Below, one piece after another: positions 40,453-50,922 of a stretch of 64,000 nt of DNA. How positions within the stretch are numbered: position 1 is the stretch's first letter; every line of letters starts with the position of its first letter. The translations under genes and the position numbers were made by a program. The notes beneath the pieces were generated by a model. That model did not search any database and was not told where the DNA came from. It saw only the letters and a list, made by a program, of their open reading frames with translations. Origin of the DNA: Candidatus Krumholzibacteriota bacterium (GTDB lineage Bacteria > Krumholzibacteriota > Krumholzibacteriia > JAJRXK01); contig CAVXTH010000009.1 in NCBI GenBank assembly GCA_963764625.1, positions 128,001 to 192,000 of the forward strand, written 5' to 3'.

Positions 40453-42460
40453 GTGGACGAGTCGGATTCCAGACTACGGATCGCGGTCGTCTTCGGGATG
40501 GCGCTGCTCGCTATTTTGCTGCTTCTGACCGCGATCGGTTTCGATCCCGACCTCCCTCTGCCGTGGGACATGTCCCACCACTATCTGGGCGCCCTGCAGA
40601 TTCGAGACGCGGTCAGGGACTTCTCGCTCCCCGAGCTGGGTCGGGCTCTCTTCGAGCCCGACCTCTATCCTCCAGGGCATTCACTGATCCTAGGATCCTG
40701 GCTCCTGATCGCCGGGGAATCCGGCCTCAGCGTCTTTCTCTTTCGCTGCCTGATCCTCTGGGTTTTCGTGCTCGCTTTGGCATGGGCCGCGGTGCCTCTG
40801 ACGGGACGCGACAGTTGGAAGACGGTCATTTTCGGCTGCATTCTTCTGGGAATCTGCATGCGCTTCATGGCACTGGCGGGGACGTTCCTAGTCGATGCGC
40901 CCGCCGCGGTTTTGGCTTTCCTGTCGCTGGTACTAATCGCGAGACTCGCACATCGCCCGTCCGGGAGACTCTTCGCGGGTGCTCTTGCGCTCAGTACTCT
41001 CACACTGCTCACGAAATACAACGTGGGGCTCCCCTTGATTCCCGCCGCGGGCGCGGTGGCTGCAGCGAAGTGGCTTGGGCGCGAACGCCGCACTGCGCTG
41101 AAAGTGCTTGCGGTCGGCATCTTGGCTCTGAGCATGTGGGCTCTGTTCCTCACGATTCAGGTCAATGGTTGGGTCGAGTTTTCACGCTTTGCGGCCAACC
41201 GGGCCAACTCTCTCGGTTGGTCCACGGGTGCCCGGGCGCACTGGTATCTCAATACATTCCTGCACGGATTCTTCGCTGCGCCTTGGTTCGGTTGGGTCTG
41301 CCTGGCGCTGGCTGGCGTGGCGATCATTGTGATTCGCGGCCCCTTGATTCTGGCAAGCATCACTTATCTGGCCACGACCCTTCTGGCTCTGAGTCGGCAT
41401 CCCTATCTTCTCGATCGAAACCTCGTGGCCGCCGCCGTGGTCTGCGTGGCTTTGGCTGCCTTGGGAGGTGTACATCTGGGAAGATGGATCGCGCACAGCT
41501 TGCCTCGGCGTGCACAAGCGTCGCTGGCATTTCTTTTGGTCGCCGCAGCCGCGTTCACGTTGCTCAGTTCGGTTCCGTCGACTCTTGTGAGCAACCAAAG
41601 AGAGTACGGTCCCGATGCCGAGCGCCTGAAGCCGATTTCACGGTTCATCAGTACGGAGATGCGGAAGCACCAGGAGTGTTGCGTGCTCGGCACCTTCAAT
41701 GCGTTCAGTCCCGGGTGGGTACGGATTCTTGCACGGCGAATCCCCGCCAGGCGCCGTCCCCATCTACGGATAGGATTTCCCTACCCCTTGAAGAGCTCGA
41801 GGACCGGACTCGATGCGAGGCCAGACCCGAGTTACGTGCAGACGATTCGAGAATGGGAGCGCCGCGACAAACCCAAATTCGTAGTGAACATCGACGTTCG
41901 CGATGGATCCGTCTTTGACGATGACGACTATGCCCGCTGGAATGCTTGGAAGCGGAATTACATCCAGGTGATTCGAAACTCCCCTGATGCTCGTCTCATG
42001 TCCAGTACGGAAGCTGATTCGCAGCGTGTGGTGGCGGAGGCGATTTCTCTCGGCAACCCGTCGATCGAATATGGCCCCGGCTGGGGTGACGAGGAAGCGT
42101 GGGGACGGTGGGCCGAAGAGAAAGTGGCGGCGCTTCGCATCCTCTCTCTCTCAAACGAACTGCCAAGTGGAGGTGGAGGTGGCGGCCTTCGATGGTCTCA
42201 GCGGCAAGCAAACCTGCAGGGTCATGTGCAACCAGGAGCTGATCGCGTCCTTCGAGATTTCAGGGAGTCCGTGGCAATGGCAAACCCACAAATTCATGCT
42301 CCCGGCCTCAATCGGTCGGAAGGTAGCCGAACTCAGTTTCCACTTCGACGGCTTGTACTCCGGCAGCGAGAGCGATTCCACGCCGCGCGCCCTGCCATTC
42401 AAGACGCTCCTGGTTTCGCTCCCCCCCCCCACACAGCCTCTAGTTCCTCCTCTGGCGTGA
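40453..42460 (+). CDS. Polytopic membrane protein, possibly GT-C glycosyltransferase-like; frameshift near 42150
   Basis: WD..H, YPP and LTKY motifs, many TM helices, soluble C-terminal domain continuing in ORF 41987..42460. Confidence 0.55.
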
Positions 42461-42517
42461 ACCTCACGAGCTCGAGGAGAGCAGCGATCAAGCGGCGCCG
42501 AGGGAAAAGCGCGGATG

Positions 42518-42814
42518 CTACCCCCCCGCGATCGCGCCGATGATGAGCAACGGCTCCTTCCCTGAGGCCACCGCATCGGGAAGCACCGTGTCGGGAGGAT
42601 GGTTCGAAAAGTCCTCCTCACAGGCGTAAAAGCGCAGGAAGGGGCGGCGCCGCCCCGTTGTGTGGTCACGAATCGTTCCGCTCAAAACGGGATAGCGGGA
42701 CTCGAGCGCGTCGAGCGCACTCGCGAGCGTCACCGGCTTCACCGGTTCGAGCTCGACCTCGGCGCGAACGTTCGCCAGGGTCCGCAGATGCTGAGGCAGC
42801 ACGATCCGGATCAT
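42518..42814 (-). CDS. MoaD/ThiS family ubiquitin-like protein
   Basis: LPQHLR, YPVL, C-terminal AIAGG. Confidence 0.9.
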   Translation of the reverse strand: MIRIVLPQHLRTLANVRAEVELEPVKPVTLASALDALESRYPVLSGTIRDHTTGRRRPFLRFYACEEDFSNHPPDTVLPDAVASGKEPLLIIGAIAGG

Positions 42815-42827
42815 CGAGGCTCCCGCA

Positions 42828-43988
42828 CTAGTCCAGAGTTTGGACTTCCACCGACAACACGGTCGGCAGATCTCTCGCGATGGCGGTCCAGCACTCCCCG
42901 CTATCGAAAGAGCCGTACACCTGCCCTCCAGTAGTGCCAAAGTACACGCCGCAGGAATCGAGCGAGTCGACCGCCATCGCGTCGCGCAGGACGTTCACGT
43001 AACAGTGGCTCTGGGGCAGTCCCTTGGTGAGAGGCTCCCACTCGTCGCCACCCACCTTGCTGCGATACACGCGGAGTTTGCCTTCGGGCGGATAGTGCTC
43101 CGAGTCGCTCTTGATGGGGACCACGTAGATGGTGAGCGGTTCGTGGGCGTGCACCTCGATGGGGAACCCGAAGTCCGAGGGGAGATTCCCGCTGACCTCG
43201 TGCCAGTTCTCCCCGGCGTCGTCGCTGCGGTTGACGTCCCAGTGTTTCTGCATGAACAGGACCTGCGGACGCAAGGGGTGCATCGCGATGCTATGCACGC
43301 AGTGTCCAACCTCGAAGCTCTTGTCGGGAAGCTCGTACGCGGTTTTGAGGCCTTTCGTGATGGGCCGCCAACTCTTGCCGCCGTTGTCACTGCGAAACAC
43401 CCCGGCGGCGGAAATGGCCACGTAGATGCGCTCCACGTCATTGGGATCGAGCAGAATGGAATGCAGGCACATGCCGCCGGCGCCGGGTTGCCAGAGATCG
43501 CTCTTGGCCTGCCGCAGCGCGGGAAGCTCCTTCCAGCTCTTGCCTCCGTCGGCGCTGTGAAACAGGGCCGCGTCTTCCACCCCGGCGAACACGGCCTCGG
43601 GATCGCTCGAGGAGGGTTCGAGATGCCAGACCCTCTTGAACTCCCACGGGCGCGGCGTCCCGTCGTACCAGCGATGCTCGCCCACCTTGCCTTCGTACAC
43701 GAACTTGTTGCTCTTGCCGGCGGGCGGATCCCCGGGCGTCGGCATCTTCTCACCCCCGGGAGGGGACCAGGTCTTTCCACCGTCGTCCGACCGCTGGATG
43801 ACCTGCCCGAACCAACCGCTAGATTGCGAGGCATAGATGCGGTTCGGATCGGCCGGCGAGCCCTTCAGATGGTAGATTTCCCAGCCGCCGAAATGAGGGC
43901 CGTCGATCGTCCAGTTCTTCCGCTGACCGTCGGCGCTCAAGATGAAGGCACCTTTCTTGGTGCCCACGAGAACCCGTACTCTGCTCAT
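42828..43988 (-). CDS. BNR/Asp-box repeat beta-propeller (sialidase-like), no signal peptide
   Basis: Repeated SxDxGxxW; VGTKKGAF N-terminus. Confidence 0.85.
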   Translation of the reverse strand: MSRVRVLVGTKKGAFILSADGQRKNWTIDGPHFGGWEIYHLKGSPADPNRIYASQSSGWFGQVIQRSDDGGKTWSPPGGEKMPTPGDPPAGKSNKFVYEGKVGEHRWYDGTPRPWEFKRVWHLEPSSSDPEAVFAGVEDAALFHSADGGKSWKELPALRQAKSDLWQPGAGGMCLHSILLDPNDVERIYVAISAAGVFRSDNGGKSWRPITKGLKTAYELPDKSFEVGHCVHSIAMHPLRPQVLFMQKHWDVNRSDDAGENWHEVSGNLPSDFGFPIEVHAHEPLTIYVVPIKSDSEHYPPEGKLRVYRSKVGGDEWEPLTKGLPQSHCYVNVLRDAMAVDSLDSCGVYFGTTGGQVYGSFDSGECWTAIARDLPTVLSVEVQTLD

Positions 43989-44047
43989 TCCATCCTCCTT
44001 TGGTGACGCGTAATTCTCACCGCATCCCATGCCGCTTGGCAACGCAA

Positions 44048-45344
44048 TTAGGGCTCGGCACTCCATTCGATCTCCGCCGCAATCAGGAGTGCAGGATCGC
44101 CATCTCGAATGGACCACTTCATGAGGGTAATGACCGAGGGCTGGATACGCCGGGTGGTGCTCTTTCCGTCGACCACGATCTCGATCGGCTTGGCAAAATC
44201 GAACTCGCCGACCCCAAGCAGCAGTTCGAAACGCCGCACGTTTCTGGTGACCACCGTGACCCTATTCCCGTGGCGTTGCGCGATGACGCGGCCGGAGGGT
44301 CTGTGGCGGGGGAAGGCCTGCGCGCGCCGGGGTGGATCGAGCTGGGGAAACAGGACCGTGTTTAGAGGGTCCAGATCCGGCGCGGGTTCGTCTCCGATCG
44401 ACTCGATGACCACCCACGAGCAGCGGCCATTGTGCTTCGGATCGTCGGTTTCCCACACGAGGGAGTCGGGGAAGAGGATCGCGCGGATGAGCCGCGCGAA
44501 ACTCGTGAAAGGTCTGCGCCTCTTTGGGCCACCAGCGCACCGAGTGTCCTCCTGGCTCCACTTTGAACTCGATCATTGCTCCAGCGCGCTCGAAGAGAGT
44601 CAAATATGGTTTCAGTGCCTTGGCCGGATAGAGACGATCGTCCTTTCCGTTGACCACCATCAGGGCCCGCCCGTGCAGATTGGCGGCGAAGATGTCTCCG
44701 CCGACTCCTTCTTCTTCGTTGCCGAGAACCCACGGGTGACCGATGAGGGGCAAAAAGCACGCCCACGGAGTCGGGGCGCGGAGCGCCTGGTAGAAGGTCC
44801 CGGTCCCGCCATCGGAGAGGCCGCTCAGGGTGCATCGGTTCGAGTCGATATGGTATCGCGCGCGCAGTCGATCAAGGATGGCCGATAGATTGTCGACCTG
44901 GCGTTGCGACCACCACATGGCGTCTTCCCAAGCCGCGGGAAACACGGTGATGATCGACGCGCTGCGAAAGGGATCTTTGAGCCGCCAGTGTTCCTCCCCG
45001 TCCTTCCAGGCGGGACGGCGCGTGGAACCGTGGAGAATCACCCGGAGAGGATAGCTCTGCTGCGGGTCGTACGACTCGGGAACGAGTACCGTATAGGGGT
45101 AGTGAACGCCTTCCCGGTCGACGCGTTCCTCGTGAAGCTCCCCGGTCGGGACATAGCCGGAATAGTCATTCTCACGCAGGCGCTGAACGGTGGAGTCGAA
45201 GTCCTGGGGCCAGCCCTTGCTCTTCAGCAGCGTCCAGGCGGTTTCCCTTCCCGCCGGTTCACCTGCGACGTGATACTCCTTCCACAGCGCATCGAAATCG
45301 CGCGGCATCGAAAGGAAGAGCAGTGTAAGTGTGATGAGCAGCAT
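44048..45344 (-). CDS. Secreted alpha/beta hydrolase; frameshift near 44465
   Basis: [15 protein letters not shown] nucleophile elbow, NGKDD, GGH. Confidence 0.75.
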
Positions 45345-45462
45345 GGCGTTCTGGGGGATGAAAGAGAATATACGGCATTTCGCCGCCGGTTGTTGCTTGA
45401 TGCTTCGCTGACGGCTACCATCAGTCCCGGCTGAGCGAGCGCCTCCTCGTGGCGGGAGTACG

Positions 45463-47352
45463 ATGGTTCGAGTCACCTGGATCGATATCTTCTGGGCCAG
45501 CGCCTTCCTTCTCTTGATGGTCGGCGGCGCCGCTCTCTTCTATCGGCTGGCCCGTCGAGGCAAAAGCGACTTCTTTCTGGCGGGTCGCGGCCTTCCCTGG
45601 TGGTTGCCCGCCGCGTCGGTCTTCAGCACCCACACTGCGACCGACACTCCGATGTGGATCAGCGGTGTCATCTACCAGCACGGTCTAAGGGGTCTCTGGT
45701 ACACCTTCTTCACCGCATGGACCGGGATCGGAGCTTTCGTTTCGGCGCGAATCTTCCGCCGCTCGCTCGCCTATACGCAGGCCGAATGGCAGACCCTCCG
45801 CTTTTACGGTCTGGGAGCCGAACTCTTGCGCGGATGGATGGCCGGATGGCAGGTGTTCATGAACATGTTCATCCTGGGTTGGGTGGGCATGGCCATGGGG
45901 AAGGTCTGCGCTCTGGCCTTCGGTTGGCCGCTCTGGGTCGGCCTGGTGATTCCCGGATTGATCACTGCCCTCTACACCCTCGGTGCCGGCTACTGGGGTG
46001 TGGTGATGGGGGACTTCCTGCAGGGAATCGTCGCGATCTTCGCCATCGTTCTGGTCTCTCTGCTCGGGGTGCACGCGGCCGGAGGCGCGCCGGCCATCGG
46101 GGCGAAGCTGGCGGCGATGGGGGAAAGCTGGCGGCTCAACCCCTTCGCCTTCACCGGTTGGACCGGTGGTGACTTTCCCATAGCCTGGTGCCTCACCATG
46201 CTGGTCATCGCCGTGGTGGGCGGTTTTGGCATGGGAACCAGCATCGACTGGTACGTGGAAGCGCAGCGAATCCAGTCGGCGAAAACGGTACGCGACGCGA
46301 CCTACGGAATTTGGGCCGGTGGGGCGGTAACGATGATCCGCAACGGGTTCTGGGCCGCGAGCATTTTGGGGTTCTTTGCCATGCTGCCCCACATCGCCAA
46401 GACCAGTGATTACGAGTTGGGTTGGTATCGTCTCGGATTCGAGCTTCTGCCCACGGGGATGATCGGAGTGTTCTTCGGGGCGATCCTCGCGATCCACCTC
46501 TCCACGATCTCGAGCCATCTGAACCTGGGTGCTCTGTATTTCACTCGCGATCTGTGGGAGCGTTACCTGCGTCCCCAGGCGAACGCGGCCGAGCTGGTGC
46601 GGGTGGGGCGCATCGCCACCTTCGTGTTGTTGGCCGGTTCCTTCTTCTACGGGCTGATGATGGAGAACATCACCAGCTGGTTGATCTTCGCGCTCTGGCT
46701 GATGATGGCCGGGGTGTGGCTCCCGAACATTCTGCAGGTCATCTGGTGGCGCTTCAACGCCTGGGGCTACTTGACGGGGTGGATGGCGAACCTCGCGTTG
46801 AGCTGGCTGGTGGTGTGGGTCCTACCCGAACTCCACCTCATTCCGAGCCTTCCCGACTACATGCAGTTCTGGATCCTCTTGGGCACGGGAGCCTTGATTT
46901 TGATACCGGCGACTCTGCTCACGCCGGCCGAGCCCATGGATCATCTGGTGCGCTACTATGCGATGACGCGGCCGCTCGGGTTTTGGGGTCCGGTGCATTG
47001 CGAGGCGGTGCGGCGCGGATTGGTTCCCGCGCAAGAGCCTTCCAGCGCCAAAGGGCGCGCGCTGGTGCGCCGTCGCTGGACCGCGGCCGAGGCCGAGCGG
47101 TGGACTCGCGAAGACTGGTTCGTGATCGTGCTCTCGCCCTTGGTCCTGGCCTGCCTCCTGTTGGGGGTGACCTGGTCTCTTCTCCTGCGTATAGAGGGAT
47201 TCCTCGTGCTCGCGGCCGCGATCGTGGGTATGTGCCTCATCTGGTACATTATTGATCCCAAGCTGCGCGCCGTCTCCGCGGAGTACGAGGCGCGGCAGGG
47301 CCGCTACATCGTGGAGAACGAGGCGCTGACTTTGGAAAAGGCGGAGGGGTGA
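45463..47352 (+). CDS. Sodium:solute symporter (SSS) family with fused C-terminal 2-TM extension
   Basis: FFLAGRGLPWW, TDTP, GVVMGDFLQ, STISSHLN, WWRFNAWG. Confidence 0.9.
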   Translation: MVRVTWIDIFWASAFLLLMVGGAALFYRLARRGKSDFFLAGRGLPWWLPAASVFSTHTATDTPMWISGVIYQHGLRGLWYTFFTAWTGIGAFVSARIFRRSLAYTQAEWQTLRFYGLGAELLRGWMAGWQVFMNMFILGWVGMAMGKVCALAFGWPLWVGLVIPGLITALYTLGAGYWGVVMGDFLQGIVAIFAIVLVSLLGVHAAGGAPAIGAKLAAMGESWRLNPFAFTGWTGGDFPIAWCLTMLVIAVVGGFGMGTSIDWYVEAQRIQSAKTVRDATYGIWAGGAVTMIRNGFWAASILGFFAMLPHIAKTSDYELGWYRLGFELLPTGMIGVFFGAILAIHLSTISSHLNLGALYFTRDLWERYLRPQANAAELVRVGRIATFVLLAGSFFYGLMMENITSWLIFALWLMMAGVWLPNILQVIWWRFNAWGYLTGWMANLALSWLVVWVLPELHLIPSLPDYMQFWILLGTGALILIPATLLTPAEPMDHLVRYYAMTRPLGFWGPVHCEAVRRGLVPAQEPSSAKGRALVRRRWTAAEAERWTREDWFVIVLSPLVLACLLLGVTWSLLLRIEGFLVLAAAIVGMCLIWYIIDPKLRAVSAEYEARQGRYIVENEALTLEKAEG

Positions 47353-47353
47353 G

Positions 47354-47488
47354 ATGGATCGAGCTCTGGCCACCGTCATCGGAATGAGCATCTCGTATGT
47401 GGCATCCCTCGCCGGACTGCTCCTGGCGTGGTGGTCGTGGCGGCGCCGCGGACCGCAACACCGGCACAGAAAGGACCGTGATGATTGA
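47354..47488 (+). CDS. Small single-TM protein (44 aa), absent from the ORF track
   Basis: MDRALATVIGMSISYVASLAGLLLAWWSWRRRG...; starts 2 nt after the SSS stop, GGAGG RBS. Confidence 0.65.
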   Translation: MDRALATVIGMSISYVASLAGLLLAWWSWRRRGPQHRHRKDRDD

Positions 47489-47624
47489 GCTTCCGGTGGA
47501 AGCCATGAAGTCGAATGTGTTCTGGGCCTGGATCGTTCCGGCGCTTCTCTTCGGCTTGGCGAGCGTCGCGACCTGGCTGCTCTACCGCCATTTCATGCAT
47601 GACGGCGAAGAAGACGAATCGTAA
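47481..47624 (+). CDS. Small single-TM protein (47 aa)
   Basis: MIELPVEAMKSNVFWAWIVPALLFGLASVATWLLYRHF...; AAGGA RBS, overlaps previous stop. Confidence 0.65.
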   Translation: MIELPVEAMKSNVFWAWIVPALLFGLASVATWLLYRHFMHDGEEDES

Positions 47625-47655
47625 CCAGAATGCGCGATCTTGTCCCCATTCCCGT

Positions 47656-48630
47656 TCAACGCAAGAGCGCCATCCTCATCGTCCTCGTTTCAGAAGGACC
47701 CTCGAGCCGGCAAAAGTAGACTCCACTCGCCGCCGGTCGAGCGTCCGAGTCCAGACCATCCCAACTGCGTGTGTAGTAGCCGGGTTCGAGCCATCCGTGG
47801 TGAACGCTGCGCACCAGTTGGCCGCTCGCGGTGTAGATGTCGAGCTCGTAGGGGCCGGCTTGGGTTATGGTGAAGGAAATCGAGGTCTTGGGATTGAAGG
47901 GGTTGGGGACGTTCTGATCCAAGCGCATCGAGAGATTGGAGCCAGGAATCGCGGAGGTTGGAACCGAGAATGTCACCATTCCCGTGACGAGACCCGAGTT
48001 GTCATCGTAGCACCCGGGAACGTTGGGGCTGGTGCTGCAGCGATCCTGGTAACCCAGAAAAAGGCGCGTAGCCCCATCCGGGATGTGAAACACCTGGAGG
48101 GCCCCGCTCTCCTGCCCGGTCCAGCCATCGCCCACGAAGAAGATCTGACGTAGCGCGGGACTGAGTTCGGGGAAGTCGATGCTCGAGAAGATGATCGCCT
48201 CGGGCGCGGGATCGGCCGGCTCGCTGTCGTCCAAAAAGACTCCGGTGAGATACCGTCCGCGCACCGACAGATCGCATCCTGCGAGGCCGCTGTAGATCGG
48301 TGCCGCCACGATACCCGTGAATGCCGAACCATCCGGTCCAGTCGCCGGGCAACATCCACCATAATCGATGGTCCCGGTCAGGTCGAGGGTGCAGCTGCGA
48401 TCCATACCTGCCGGGAGGGTGATTTCAAAGGGAAGAATCCCGCCGCCATCTCCGCCACCGACGCTGCCTCCCGGTCCGGGTGCGGTCGCGTGTCCCGCGC
48501 CGTAGATGTTGCACTGGCCGCTCACCGAGGCGCTGGTCGCGGCGTGGGGCTCCAGTGGGAAGAACAGCAAGAGAAAAAAAGCGAGCCCCGCGTTGAAGGC
48601 AAAAGGCCGAAACCGTGAATTGTGACTCAT
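47656..48630 (-). CDS. Secreted protein with FlgD/T9SS-like C-terminal sorting domain
   Basis: Signal peptide; QNVPNPFNPKT...IY...GQLVR...WDG...ASGVYF. Confidence 0.85.
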   Translation of the reverse strand: MSHNSRFRPFAFNAGLAFFLLLFFPLEPHAATSASVSGQCNIYGAGHATAPGPGGSVGGGDGGGILPFEITLPAGMDRSCTLDLTGTIDYGGCCPATGPDGSAFTGIVAAPIYSGLAGCDLSVRGRYLTGVFLDDSEPADPAPEAIIFSSIDFPELSPALRQIFFVGDGWTGQESGALQVFHIPDGATRLFLGYQDRCSTSPNVPGCYDDNSGLVTGMVTFSVPTSAIPGSNLSMRLDQNVPNPFNPKTSISFTITQAGPYELDIYTASGQLVRSVHHGWLEPGYYTRSWDGLDSDARPAASGVYFCRLEGPSETRTMRMALLR

Positions 48631-48788
48631 TCTTGGGACCTCCCGGGGGGAAGAACGGGAAAAGAGGGGTCGCAGGCTGCTCTGGAAAGTCCGGGCGTAT
48701 TTGCGTTCATTATAGGCTCAAGAGTGGCCCCCTTGACAAGAGGCCCCGGAGATTTCACTTGGGCTGGCTCTCTCGAAGAAGACAGGAG

Positions 48789-49556
48789 ATGATGGAAGTG
48801 TCGAAGATTCTAGCCGTGGTTCTCTGCCTACTTTTCTTCTCCACGACGGCCCGCGCAGACGATGACGCGGGCGCGGTCGCTCGTCGCATGGACATCTTGA
48901 ACGCACAACTTTCTCTGGACGGCAATCAGACGCAAAAGCTCGAGCACATTCTCAGCTCCCTCTCGCGCCAGAATCGCGCCTCTCGCCCCGGAAAGGGTGA
49001 AGGCCGCTCCGAGCATGAACGGGGTTCGGCGGCACCCGATTCCACGCAATTCGAAAAGCGAGCCGAGAGACTCCATGCCTCGGTCGAGGCGCTCCTGAGC
49101 CAGGAACAAATCGCTCGCTACCAGAAACTCGTCGAGACGGAAAACGAATGGTGGCTCGATCCCCAGCTTCTGCAGATGGACGGCATGTTGACGCTCAGCC
49201 ACGACCAATGCCAGAAAATCTATCCGGTCTTACGCCGCTCGCGTCTTCGCCTTCGGGCGTTACGGGAGAGCGCACGCGCTACGGGCGACCGCGGGGCCAT
49301 CGACCAACTCCGCAAGGAGATGAAGGAATCCAACGAAGTCGTGCTCGAGTTCCTCGACGAAAACCAACAGAAGCTCTGGAAGGATCACATCGAGGCCGCT
49401 AGGCAAGAGCGAGAGAAGATGCGTCCCCAACATCCAGAGGGCATGCGAGGCGGAAATCATGGCATGGGAGGGAGGTATGGGAGGTTGAGCCCTCACACCA
49501 TCATCGCGCAATTTATCTCGCAAAATGCGCGAACCTGCAGCGATGCCCCTGCGTAG
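48789..49556 (+). CDS. Hypothetical helical periplasmic protein (Spy/CpxP-like repeats)
   Basis: Signal peptide, LSLDGNQ / LLSQEQ / LDENQQ repeats. Confidence 0.5.
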   Translation: MMEVSKILAVVLCLLFFSTTARADDDAGAVARRMDILNAQLSLDGNQTQKLEHILSSLSRQNRASRPGKGEGRSEHERGSAAPDSTQFEKRAERLHASVEALLSQEQIARYQKLVETENEWWLDPQLLQMDGMLTLSHDQCQKIYPVLRRSRLRLRALRESARATGDRGAIDQLRKEMKESNEVVLEFLDENQQKLWKDHIEAARQEREKMRPQHPEGMRGGNHGMGGRYGRLSPHTIIAQFISQNARTCSDAPA

Positions 49557-49586
49557 CTGAAGATTGATTCCCCTTTGGAGGTAACG

Positions 49587-50141
49587 ATGAAGTTCCGCTC
49601 GCTCATGGCATTGCCCTGGTTCTGTTGCACTCTCGCAGTCACCGGACTCGCCCTCGCCCAAGACCAGGAGCAGGGAAAGAAACAACCCCCGCCACCGCCT
49701 CCCTGCACTGCCCCAGAATACTCGCAATTCGACTTCTGGATTGGAAACTGGCGCGTTACCAACGAGGAGGGCAAATTCCAGGGGACCAATCGGGTGGAGA
49801 GGATTCTCGGCAAGTGCGCAATCGAAGAGAACTGGGAGGGTGCCGAAGGATCAAAGGGACACAGCTTCAACATGTACGACAATCGACGCGGCGTCTGGCA
49901 CCAAACCTGGGTCGGAGACCATGGCCTCTTGCTCCTTCTCGACGGAGGGCTGGATGCGGATGGCCGCATGGTACTTCGCGGCCAACTTCCCGCGCGGGAC
50001 GGCAAGGGTATGGTCGACCACGAGATCTCATGGGAGAAGTTGGACGATGGGCGTGTGCGTCAGACGTGGCGCTTTTCGCGCGATGGCGGAACGACTTGGA
50101 AGAATCTCTTCGTCGGCTTGTACGAACGCCAGGATGAATGA
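49587..50141 (+). CDS. Secreted hypothetical protein (DUF1579-like)
   Basis: Signal peptide, QFDFWIGNW, WHQTWV, SRDGGTTW. Confidence 0.65.
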   Translation: MKFRSLMALPWFCCTLAVTGLALAQDQEQGKKQPPPPPPCTAPEYSQFDFWIGNWRVTNEEGKFQGTNRVERILGKCAIEENWEGAEGSKGHSFNMYDNRRGVWHQTWVGDHGLLLLLDGGLDADGRMVLRGQLPARDGKGMVDHEISWEKLDDGRVRQTWRFSRDGGTTWKNLFVGLYERQDE

Positions 50142-50153
50142 TCAAAATTGAGT

Positions 50154-50181
50154 GGGCTGCCCGGCTATGGCCGGGCAGCCC
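50154..50181. terminator. Hairpin between convergent genes
   Basis: gggctgcccggc-tatg-gccgggcagccc 12-bp stem. Confidence 0.7.
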
Positions 50182-50187
50182 GAAGAT

Positions 50188-50766
50188 CTACTCTACTACC
50201 TTGTCCGAATCGATCACTACCTGATCCCGCAAAGAGACGAACATGCAGATGACTTCATTGATCTCAGCCTCGTTACAACCCTTATTCTTCATGCCTTGCA
50301 TGACATCCTGTCCCGCCGATAGGAAGTCGGCATTGGTCAGTTTGAGGTGGGCGTGTGCTTCGACCATGTTTTGACCCGTATATTTTCCGGGGCCACCCGT
50401 GTTGACGATCATGAATTGCGTCACCTGCTCGATGAGATGCTTCTGATCGACCTTGCCCATGAAACGTTCGAAGTCCTTGTTCTGGCTGTGTAGGCGCACG
50501 ACCTCAGCGACGATGTCATGGATCTTCTCGCTGCCTCCGAGCCGCTCATAGAGGGATTTCGCGGAATCCGCTGCGGCCATCGATTCTGCATTCTGGGCGC
50601 ACATGGCTTGAAGGCCCTTGATCTGCTCACTCACGGTGGGTGGAGTCGCGGGCTTTTTGTCCTGTTCTTTCTCCGCCGCGGAAGAGCTGTTCGCCAAAAA
50701 TGCCACGAGGAGAAGAGCGCTCCAGAGGATCGCAGCCAGCTGTATCTTCTTGAGAAAGTTGATCAC
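50188..50766 (-). CDS. Group I truncated hemoglobin with N-terminal signal peptide
   Basis: SLYERLGG, TGGPGKYTG, MVEAHAHL (proximal His). Confidence 0.88.
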   Translation of the reverse strand: MINFLKKIQLAAILWSALLLVAFLANSSSAAEKEQDKKPATPPTVSEQIKGLQAMCAQNAESMAAADSAKSLYERLGGSEKIHDIVAEVVRLHSQNKDFERFMGKVDQKHLIEQVTQFMIVNTGGPGKYTGQNMVEAHAHLKLTNADFLSAGQDVMQGMKNKGCNEAEINEVICMFVSLRDQVVIDSDKVVE

Positions 50767-50922
50767 GGAAAGTCCTTTGTCAGGGAGAAATCAGAGGGAG
50801 ATCAGTATACAGGAATCGTTCAACTTCGCTCATGGTGATTCGAGACGGGGTCGGCTTCAGTTTATGTGTGAAGCTAGTCCCTTGGTTTCCCGATATTCGG
50901 AACCGCTTTTTCGGGCGGTATC

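Noticed and set aside
42421-42430. Poly-C tract as a phase-variation site
   Set aside because: It lies in the last codons of a gene, so a length change would have little effect; homopolymer length is also unreliable in this assembly.
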